NCBI GenBank assembly: GCA_964481185.1
Contig: CAYZSY010000003.1
Coordinates: 1 to 40,927, forward strand
Direction of reading: 5' to 3'
DNA from: Candidatus Woesearchaeota archaeon
GTDB lineage: Archaea > Nanobdellota > Nanobdellia > Pacearchaeales > GW2011-AR1
Length of the DNA stretch: 40,927 nucleotides
Shown: positions 27,179 through 34,247 of the stretch, in pieces
Position numbering within the stretch: the first letter of the stretch is position 1
How the letters are laid out: every line of letters begins with the position of its first letter
Notes under the pieces: generated by a model
Database searches by the model: none
The model's input: the letters and a program-made list of their open reading frames with translations, nothing else
What the model was told of the DNA's origin: nothing
Program-made: the position numbers and the translations under genes

Positions 27179-28699
27179 TCACTTTGCCTGCAAATTATAT
27201 AATACCCGCCTGATTGTACTTATAACTCCTTCGCGTCTTAAGAATCTTAAGATTTTTTCATATTTTTCTTTTTTGTTTTGCATATTCATAATAAATCCGC
27301 GGGGAAGCCAATAGAAAAAGTCGTATAAAATGTTGTATTTAATTGCACCTTGAAATGCCCGCCCAATATTTCTTAGATTACATGGATAAGTCGGTGTTCT
27401 GAATATGCACCTATAATACGCTTTTAATCTCTCTTCTTTAGGAAAATCAGGACTCTCAGCACAGGGCTCATCATAGGTAAAACTTTCTGTAATTCTACTA
27501 TCATAATTAAGAGTGTTACCGACAACCCCATTTTGTTTAAACCACCTCCCAACTTCAGTATCTTCGTATGGAAGTACTAGGTTCCATCCACAGTAATCCG
27601 CTCTGGTTTCATTTGCAAATTTTATACACGCTTTTACTCTTTCGTAATTATCTTCTGGCAAACCAATAATAAAAGAAAGGCCCAATTTTAATCCATATTT
27701 TTTTACTAATCTGGCAGCTTCTTTTATCTTTTCTAGAGACTCTCCTTTATTTACCAGTTTATATACCTCGGGATGTGCATGTTCTACACCTAACCAAACT
27801 TCAGGACAACCGCATTCTTTCAAGAGGGCCAATAAGTGGTCGTTAATACAATCTGCCCTTGTATTAACAATTCTTAAATCTAGCTTTATCTTTTTTCTGT
27901 ATAATTCTAAAAATTGAATAAACCTGTCAATATTCGTAGTCGGACAGTCATCGCACACAACAACTCGGATATTACTAGACAGACTTTTTTTTGCATTCTC
28001 CAACTCTTCAATGCAATTCTGAGGCGTTCGCCACCGCCACTTTCTATTTGAGACTGAAAAAACAGTGCAGAAACTGCATTTAAATGGGCAGCCTCGAGAA
28101 GTCATAATTGGATAGTTTCTTATATACTCTGATTTGTAAAATGATTTAAAATCTGGAAATGGAACATCATCTAAATTTACAAATTCACGCGATTGAATCC
28201 GTTCAGCCTTTTTAAGTTTTTTTGCTTTCTCAACTAAGTCTATTATAACGAGCTCTGCTTCGCCAACAGCAACATAATCTACTTTTTCATTTTCTAACAA
28301 CTGCTTTGGATATAAAGTTGCACATGGTCCGCCTACCAAGATTATTAAGTTCTTGTTAAATCGATTAACTTCAGAAATTGTTTTGCTAACTTCAGAGAAA
28401 TTTATACTATATGAACTTATTCCGACTATATCCGGCTTAAAATTTCTCAGGAAAAAAGAGACTGGGATATCCCCATGAAGTAAAACATAATCTACTACTA
28501 ACACCTCATGACCCCTCTCTCTTAGAATAGTCGATAGTATTGCCAATCCATTGTGTGGAATTGAAAACTCTACATTCTTCCTTTTTGGATTAATCAATAG
28601 AACTCTTTTTTTAAGAGATTCTGGAACAATTTTAATGGCCTTTAATTCTTGAGATTTCATGTTTTTAGTTGTTTTGAGAGATTTATAAATCTTAATCAT
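27179..28699 (-). CDS. B12-binding-domain radical SAM enzyme (class B), paralog 4
   Basis: LLINP, PDIVGISS, LVGGPCATLYP, AVGEAE, TSRGCPFKCSFCT (CX3CX2C). The likely true start is Met14 at 28660 (MKSQELK...), because a TTTATAAA box lies inside the first 13 codons, exactly 29 nt upstream of that ATG. Confidence 0.85.
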   Translation of the reverse strand: MIKIYKSLKTTKNMKSQELKAIKIVPESLKKRVLLINPKRKNVEFSIPHNGLAILSTILRERGHEVLVVDYVLLHGDIPVSFFLRNFKPDIVGISSYSINFSEVSKTISEVNRFNKNLIILVGGPCATLYPKQLLENEKVDYVAVGEAELVIIDLVEKAKKLKKAERIQSREFVNLDDVPFPDFKSFYKSEYIRNYPIMTSRGCPFKCSFCTVFSVSNRKWRWRTPQNCIEELENAKKSLSSNIRVVVCDDCPTTNIDRFIQFLELYRKKIKLDLRIVNTRADCINDHLLALLKECGCPEVWLGVEHAHPEVYKLVNKGESLEKIKEAARLVKKYGLKLGLSFIIGLPEDNYERVKACIKFANETRADYCGWNLVLPYEDTEVGRWFKQNGVVGNTLNYDSRITESFTYDEPCAESPDFPKEERLKAYYRCIFRTPTYPCNLRNIGRAFQGAIKYNILYDFFYWLPRGFIMNMQNKKEKYEKILRFLRREGVISTIRRVLYNLQAK

Positions 28700-28785
28700 T
28701 TATTTTATATATGAAAATATATCTCGCAATGTAAGAATGTTTAAAAATCCAAAAATTTCATTGGAAAATGGGTTTTAGAAGAGTT
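28681..28785. repeat. Copy A of a ~105-nt imperfect direct repeat (bidirectional promoter plus first codons of the 30566 SDR gene)
   Basis: Hand alignment to 30479-30583. atttataaaTcttaat vs atttataaaCcttaat. There is an exact 15-mer gaatgtttaaaaatc (28735-28749 vs 30532-30546). atgGgttttagaagAgtt vs atgAgttttagaagGgtt matches at 16 of 18 positions. Copy A ends in an 11-codon relic ORF, stop included (28768-28800, MGFRRVLDVT*), compared with MSFRRVLITG at 30566. Confidence 0.6.
28682..28689 (-). promoter_or_regulatory. TATA box TTTATAAA for radical SAM paralog 4
   Basis: This palindromic box starts (on the minus strand) 29 nt upstream of the ATG at 28660. It is part of the duplicated segment 28681-28785. 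Confidence 0.45.
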
Positions 28786-28806
28786 CTCGATGTTACTTAA
28801 GGGAGT

Positions 28807-30450
28807 CTAACTTTCTCTTGAACCTGTCACTAACTTCATCTTCTCCTGTTCCATCATAGCATTAATAAGAAATTTTAGTAAAGATATGTTTCCCCTCAAT
28901 ACATCCATAATAAGGAGATAAGAATATTTGTTTTTGAGGATACTTTTTTGTTTTAGCATGGAGTATATTTCATATAAAAATTTAAATCTGAATACTTCCT
29001 TCATAACCTTATAATCTTTTATTTTTACATCTTTAATCTGAATCAAAGGAATATCTACAAAAACACTATTTTTCTCATTTATAAAAGAGATTTCATCTCC
29101 TTCAAAAACTTTTTTGAAAGCAGTATAATTCTTGATAAAATAATGTTTATCTACCATCAATTGGTTTATATTAAGACAGGAAGCAAAATTTTTGCTGCTA
29201 AGTTTTCTATACGCATCATCTATAAAAAAGTACATATAATTTCCAACTAATTTGGAATAAACATAATAACTACAGCAACTAATCTTCTTTTTAGTTCTCT
29301 GCAAGGAATATGCTTGTAAATAATCTCTAAGAAAATGAGCATTACACTCGTCTTTAGAAAAGGATATATAATCTGCATCTTCAACTTTTTCTTTAATTCT
29401 CTTTATACTTAACTCAAAATCTCTCTCATTTAGAGTAATTATCTTTTTATTTAATTTAGGAAGTTCTTTATGGTATACGGACTTATTTAAAGTTTTATTT
29501 ATAAATCTCCTAAGCTGAATATTAATATTATATTTTTTAACAATCTTTTTGTAGGCTCTTTCCGTAATTTTCTCTCTTTCCTTATCATTCTCTAGATAAT
29601 AGTTAATTTTGTTTAGCAAATCTCTCTTGCTTTTGAACATAACCAATTCTCCTTTGTTAAAGAAATTTCTGTGCCCTGAAAAATATTGTTCAAGAACAAA
29701 AGACTTGCAAGCCACAATCTTGTAAACTCTTCCCTTATAATGTGTTTGCCCATATGCATTTTCTGAAAAAGACAGTACAATCTTGCTCTGATTTATTACT
29801 TTAATAAGTTGGCTATTGTCAAGCGGACCATGATAAATATCTTTAAATTCAGGATATTTATCCCACCCCCATCCATACAATCTTATGTTAATCCCCTTAT
29901 TCATTAAAAATTTGATAAAAGCATATCTCTGGGCTTTTGGAGCGCCTATAAAAGTTACATCGTATATTTTTTTTAAATTTAATGGCTTAAAATCTTCTAT
30001 ATTCACTAATGGATAAATCAGAAAAACATTTTTAATTCCTTCTCTTTTGTAATTCTTTACTAAATTCGGCTGGCTCATTAAATTATAATCAAAAAATAAC
30101 GCATGATATCTTGAAAAACTCTCAAACTGAGTATCATCATCTGAAAAGAAGTTAACCGTCTTCGTTGTCTCTGAAGATTCTTTAATTTTTATCAAGGTGT
30201 CTAAATAAACCTCGTCATAAGTCCAATAAAAGAAGATATAATCAGGCTTTTCTTTTTCTACCAACTCCAAGAGATGTTTATTCATAGATTCTTGTCCTTG
30301 TATCAACAGATTTTTTCTTGTATCAAACAAAATCAGCTTTTTGCAGAGATTCTTCAATGGTTTATACCAGTTTTGATATAAACTTCTATTTTTGTCCAGA
30401 CTCATCGCAAGAATGATTTTTTTAGCCTTGAAGAATTCTCTTTTTCTCAT
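28807..30450 (-). CDS. CgeB/YkvP-like glycosyltransferase-family protein (DUF3880 + Glyco_trans_1_2-like) with an unassigned ~200-aa C-terminal region
   Basis: The middle region IVLSFSENAYGQTHYKGRVYKIVACKSFVLEQYFSGHRNFFNKGELVMFKSKRDLLNKINYYLENDKEREKI resembles the spore-maturation CgeB-type GT-B C-terminal half. I cannot assign residues from about 330 to 547. Confidence 0.5.
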   Translation of the reverse strand: MRKREFFKAKKIILAMSLDKNRSLYQNWYKPLKNLCKKLILFDTRKNLLIQGQESMNKHLLELVEKEKPDYIFFYWTYDEVYLDTLIKIKESSETTKTVNFFSDDDTQFESFSRYHALFFDYNLMSQPNLVKNYKREGIKNVFLIYPLVNIEDFKPLNLKKIYDVTFIGAPKAQRYAFIKFLMNKGINIRLYGWGWDKYPEFKDIYHGPLDNSQLIKVINQSKIVLSFSENAYGQTHYKGRVYKIVACKSFVLEQYFSGHRNFFNKGELVMFKSKRDLLNKINYYLENDKEREKITERAYKKIVKKYNINIQLRRFINKTLNKSVYHKELPKLNKKIITLNERDFELSIKRIKEKVEDADYISFSKDECNAHFLRDYLQAYSLQRTKKKISCCSYYVYSKLVGNYMYFFIDDAYRKLSSKNFASCLNINQLMVDKHYFIKNYTAFKKVFEGDEISFINEKNSVFVDIPLIQIKDVKIKDYKVMKEVFRFKFLYEIYSMLKQKSILKNKYSYLLIMDVLRGNISLLKFLINAMMEQEKMKLVTGSRES

Positions 30451-30478
30451 CTTGCAGTATATTGGAGTGTAAAGTGTA

Positions 30479-30583
30479 ATTTATAAACCTTAATTTATTC
30501 TTGCTAAGATAAAGCATATATTCTCCAATATGAATGTTTAAAAATCGTGTCAATTATAAGAAATTATGAGTTTTAGAAGGGTT
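30479..30583. repeat. Copy B of the ~105-nt direct repeat (functional bidirectional promoter of the 547-aa gene and the SDR operon)
   Basis: See copy A. It contains TTTATAAA at 30480-30487 (minus-strand box, 37 nt from ATG 30450) and TTTAAAAA at 30537-30544 (29 nt from ATG 30566). Confidence 0.6.
30537..30544 (+). promoter_or_regulatory. TATA box (gaatgTTTAAAAA) for the 30566-37758 operon
   Basis: Starts 29 nt upstream of ATG 30566. Confidence 0.5.
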
Positions 30584-31546
30584 TTAATCACTGGAATTAG
30601 CGGCTCTGGAGGGAGCTATCTTGCGGAGTATGTAGCAGATAATCATCCTGAATCAGAGATTCATGGAATCTCAAGATGGCACAGTACTTCTTCTAAGAAG
30701 AATCTTGAGAGAATTGCAGATAAAGTGCAAATGCACGAATGCGATTTAACTGATATGAGCTCGGTTATTTCTTCTTTAAGAGAAACTAAGCCAGAGGCCA
30801 TATTTCACATTGCTTCTCACGCAAATGTTCGGGCTTCTTTTACAAATCCTCTGGCAGTCATTCAGAATAATATTATGGGAACCGCAAATCTTCTTGAAGC
30901 ATTGAGAATCGAGGGAATGAATTCAAGAGTTCAAATTTGCAGCACATCAGAAGTCTATGGGCAGGTTGATTCTAAAAATGTGCCTATTAAAGAGGATTGT
31001 CCAATAAATCCATCAAATCCTTATGCTGTCTCAAAGGTTGCTCAAGATTTGCTTGGTGGAGTTTATCATAGAAGTTATCAAATGGATATTGTAAGAACAA
31101 GAATGTTTTCTTATCTAAATCCAAGGAGGTCAGACTTATTTTCAACAAGCTTTGCTCTTCAAGTGGCAAGAATAGAACAAGGATTGCAGAAAGAGCTCAT
31201 ACATGGAAATCTAGACTCTACAAGAACAATTATAGATGTTAGAGATGCAATGGAGTCCTATTGGGTTGCAATAGAAAAAGGAAGGTCTGGAGAAGTTTAT
31301 AATATTGGAGGAGATAAGATAATAACAGTTGGAGAATTCTTACATCTTTTAAGGAAGAATGCAAAATGCGAGATTCCATGCAGGCAGGATCAATCATTAA
31401 TGAGGCCAAGCGATGTGACTTTGCAAATACCGGATGTATCAAAATTTAGAAACGAAACAGGATGGAAACCAAAATATAGTTTTGAGGAGAGTGTGGAATA
31501 TTTATTAAATCACTCTAGAAAAGAAGTTGAGAGGGAGATAAAATGA
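30566..31546 (+). CDS. Extended SDR of the GDP-mannose 4,6-dehydratase / GDP-4-keto-6-deoxymannose reductase (Gmd/Rmd, DmhA/DmhB-like) group
   Basis: RVLITGISGSGGSYLAEY, CSTSEVYG, PYAVSK (YxxxK), HGNLDSTRTIIDVRD (compare Gmd LGN.D..RDW and Rmd GNL...RDF.DVRD). Confidence 0.6.
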   Translation: MSFRRVLITGISGSGGSYLAEYVADNHPESEIHGISRWHSTSSKKNLERIADKVQMHECDLTDMSSVISSLRETKPEAIFHIASHANVRASFTNPLAVIQNNIMGTANLLEALRIEGMNSRVQICSTSEVYGQVDSKNVPIKEDCPINPSNPYAVSKVAQDLLGGVYHRSYQMDIVRTRMFSYLNPRRSDLFSTSFALQVARIEQGLQKELIHGNLDSTRTIIDVRDAMESYWVAIEKGRSGEVYNIGGDKIITVGEFLHLLRKNAKCEIPCRQDQSLMRPSDVTLQIPDVSKFRNETGWKPKYSFEESVEYLLNHSRKEVEREIK

Positions 31547-32532
31547 GTTTTTATAATAATAAGAAGGTTCTGATTACTGGCGGCTCTGGTATGATAGGAA
31601 GACCATTAATTAAGATGTTGACTGAAAGAGGGGCCAAGGTAAGAGTAACATCATTGGACGAACCTATAAAAAATTTAGGAGAGATAGACTTTCAGAAAGC
31701 AGATTTAACTCATTTAGAAAATTGTGTTAGCGCATGTAAAGATATGGATTTAGTTTTTCATCTTGCTGGAATAAAGGGTTCTGCAAAAATAGTATCTGAA
31801 AAACCAGCAACTTTTTTCTTTGGTAATCTTAGTATTAACACTAATATGATGGAAGCAGCAAGAAGGTGCGGAGCTGAAAGATATCTTTTTACAAGTACTG
31901 TTGGAGTGTATTCTCCAGCAGAGGTTTTTTACGAAGATGATGTCTGGAAAACCTTTCCTTCAGAAAAGGACAAGTTTGCAGGATGGGCAAAAAGAATGGG
32001 TGAGTTGCAGGCAGAAGCTTATAGTCTTCAATATAAATGGGACAAAATAACAATTGTTAGGCCTGCAAATGTTTACGGACCTTACGATAGTTTTGGGGCA
32101 GCAAATGCAATGGTTGTTCCTTCTTTAATAAAAAGAGCTGTTGATGGAGAGAATCCCTTTGTTGTCTGGGGGGATGGATCTGGGACAAGAGATTTTGTAT
32201 ATTCAGAAGATGTTGCAAGAGGCATGACGATGGCTCTTGAAAAATGTCCAGGACCTAATAAGCCTATAAATCTGGGTAGCGGCACAGGTTATTCTATAAA
32301 AAATTTGGTAAATATAATAATTGGTAATCTTGAAAAAAAGCCAGAAGTTGTTTGGGATACAAACAAACCACGTGGTGATAGAAAAAGGATACTGGACATT
32401 TCAAGAGCTAAAGATTTATTGGGATGGGAGCCGCAAATGACTCTTGAAGAAGGAGTAAGAAAGACAATGGATTGGTATAAAATAAATAAAGAAGCTGTTA
32501 GTGATAGATATTCCGCATTTAATGAAAAATAA
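31543..32532 (+). CDS. Extended SDR NDP-sugar epimerase/reductase (Fcl/WcaG-like)
   Basis: KKVLITGGSGMIGRPL, VRPANVYGPYDSF, VVPSLIKRA, VVWGDGSGTRDFVYSEDVA, WDTNKPRGDRKRILDISRAK. ATGA overlap with the upstream gene. Confidence 0.55.
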   Translation: MSFYNNKKVLITGGSGMIGRPLIKMLTERGAKVRVTSLDEPIKNLGEIDFQKADLTHLENCVSACKDMDLVFHLAGIKGSAKIVSEKPATFFFGNLSINTNMMEAARRCGAERYLFTSTVGVYSPAEVFYEDDVWKTFPSEKDKFAGWAKRMGELQAEAYSLQYKWDKITIVRPANVYGPYDSFGAANAMVVPSLIKRAVDGENPFVVWGDGSGTRDFVYSEDVARGMTMALEKCPGPNKPINLGSGTGYSIKNLVNIIIGNLEKKPEVVWDTNKPRGDRKRILDISRAKDLLGWEPQMTLEEGVRKTMDWYKINKEAVSDRYSAFNEK

Positions 32533-33211
32533 ATCTGTCTTAATAACTGGCTCTAGCAGAGGTCTTGGAAGAGAACTCGCTCTTGTTTTTGCTAGAGAAA
32601 AATATGGTATAATTCTAAACGGAAGAAATGGAATAGAACTGGAAAAAACTGCTGGGGAGATAAGAAAATTGGGTGTTGAGTGCTGTTCTGTGTTAGGAGA
32701 TATCAGAGATAGGAGAACTTTAGATGCTTTGTATGATGCTTCAAAAAGAAATGATATGGGGGTTCTGGTGAATAATGCCGGCTCTTCACTATCTGCACTT
32801 AAAGAAGTGGCAAATTATTTAAGTGATGAACAGATAGATGAAATGATAGAGACTCATCTTTCAGCTCCAATCAAGCTTGTTGCAAGAATGCTTCCATTAT
32901 TAAAAGAAAATAAAGGGACTATTATAAATATAAATTCACTTTCAGGTCTTGAGATTAAAAGATTGAGGGCTTGTTATTGTGCAAGCAAGTGGGGTTTAAG
33001 GGCATATACGGATGCGCTGAGACTGGAAACTGCTGATAATGTTAGGGTAATTGGGGTTTATCCAAGCAGGATAAAGACTATTCCAGAATTTCAGGGTTAT
33101 GGTTGGGAGCCAAGAGAGGTAGCAGAAAGAATATACGAAAGTTTTAAAAATATAGACAGCACAAATCTGGTATTGGATGGCAGGCCTACAGAGCATAGGA
33201 CATCAAGATGA
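32501..33211 (+). CDS. Classical short-chain dehydrogenase/reductase
   Basis: VLITGSSRGLGRELA (TGxxxGxG), NNAG, YCASK (YxxxK). The listed GTG start overlaps the upstream gene by 32 nt. ATG at 32522 (MKNKSVLITG) is a more likely start. Confidence 0.7.
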   Translation: MIDIPHLMKNKSVLITGSSRGLGRELALVFAREKYGIILNGRNGIELEKTAGEIRKLGVECCSVLGDIRDRRTLDALYDASKRNDMGVLVNNAGSSLSALKEVANYLSDEQIDEMIETHLSAPIKLVARMLPLLKENKGTIININSLSGLEIKRLRACYCASKWGLRAYTDALRLETADNVRVIGVYPSRIKTIPEFQGYGWEPREVAERIYESFKNIDSTNLVLDGRPTEHRTSR

Positions 33212-34188
33212 GCAAAAAAGTTTTAGTATGTGGTGCAACAGGATTCATAGGAAGAAATACTGCTGAATTCTTGTCAAAGAGAGAAGACTTTGAGGTTTAT
33301 GGGACATATCATAATTCTCAGCGGTATGACAATTCACGCATTAACCTTGAGAATATAGATCTTACTGATAAGGATGCTGTAAGAAGAATTGTCAAAGGAA
33401 AAGATGTGATAGTGCAAGCTGCAGCAGCCTGTTCTGGAGCGTTAGAAATGAAAACTAAACCATATTACCATGTTGTTGATAATGTTAGAATGAATCCATT
33501 AATTTTTGAAGCAGCCCACGAGTTTGGGGTGCCGCATGTTATATTTCCTAGTTGCACTACAGTATATTTGCCTTCAGACAAGCCATTAAAAGAAGAAGAT
33601 TTTAACTTAAGCGATGGATTATTGCCAAATTATCTTTGGTGTGGAGGGACAAAAGTTTTTCTAGAAAAACTATGCGAACTATTTTCTGGACTAGGCAATA
33701 CAAGATATACTGTTTTTAGGCATTCAAATGTTTATGGACCTTACGATAAGTTTGACTTAGAAAGGTCACATGTATTTGGTGCGACAATGACAAAAGTAAT
33801 GACTGCGAAAGATGGGGGAGAGGTAGTTGTCTGGGGAGATGGCGAAGGAGAGAGAGATTTATTATATTCATCTGATATTGCTGGATTTATAGAAAGAGCA
33901 ATTGATAGGCAAACAACACCTTTTGAGATTGTTAATGTAGGATGCGAAAGCGCCATATCTATAAAAAACCTTGTTCAGAAAATTATTGACATTTCTGGAA
34001 AAAACCTTAGTATAAAATATGATTTATATAGACTCGTGAGGGATAAAAAAACAAAAAAGGATAATGAAAGAATGGTTCTTGACTCAACAAAAGCAAGAGA
34101 GAAATTTGGGTGGCAGCAACAGACAGCTTTAGACGATGGTATTAGATATACAATGGAATGGTATAAGAAGAATATCTTAGCAACATAA
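33208..34188 (+). CDS. Extended SDR, Fcl-like NDP-sugar epimerase/reductase with an atypical active-site segment
   Basis: KVLVCGATGFIGRN, FPSCTTVY, NVYGPYDKFDLERSHVFGA, VVWGDGEGERDLLYSSD. The segment PNYLWCGGTKVFLEKLCE aligns by eye with Fcl PTNEPYAIAKIAGIKLCE, which puts Cys where the catalytic Tyr is expected. Confidence 0.55.
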   Translation: MSKKVLVCGATGFIGRNTAEFLSKREDFEVYGTYHNSQRYDNSRINLENIDLTDKDAVRRIVKGKDVIVQAAAACSGALEMKTKPYYHVVDNVRMNPLIFEAAHEFGVPHVIFPSCTTVYLPSDKPLKEEDFNLSDGLLPNYLWCGGTKVFLEKLCELFSGLGNTRYTVFRHSNVYGPYDKFDLERSHVFGATMTKVMTAKDGGEVVVWGDGEGERDLLYSSDIAGFIERAIDRQTTPFEIVNVGCESAISIKNLVQKIIDISGKNLSIKYDLYRLVRDKKTKKDNERMVLDSTKAREKFGWQQQTALDDGIRYTMEWYKKNILAT

Positions 34189-34218
34189 TTCTAATAGTTA
34201 TAATAATTTATAGTAGTG

Positions 34219-34226
34219 TTTATAAA
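34219..34226 (+). promoter_or_regulatory. Internal TATA box TTTATAAA
   Basis: Starts 29 nt upstream of ATG 34248, in the only sizeable spacer (59 nt) inside the 30566-37758 gene string. Confidence 0.45.
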
Positions 34227-34247
34227 TCTCTTTTTTAAAATAATATA

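Noticed and set aside
28768-28800. 11-codon ORF including the stop (MGFRRVLDVT*) with its own TATA box, as a possible micropeptide gene.
   Set aside because: It is best explained as the relic 5' end of the SDR gene (MSFRRVLITG...) carried along in the promoter duplication. I kept it only as part of the repeat finding.
32501-32521. GTG start at 32501 for the classical SDR, giving a 32-nt overlap with the upstream gene.
   Set aside because: The ATG at 32522 gives MKNKSVLITGSSRGLG with the usual short lead-in to the Rossmann motif and an 11-nt overlap. The longer form adds seven residues with no counterpart in SDRs. I kept the track coordinates in the feature list but consider 32522 more likely.
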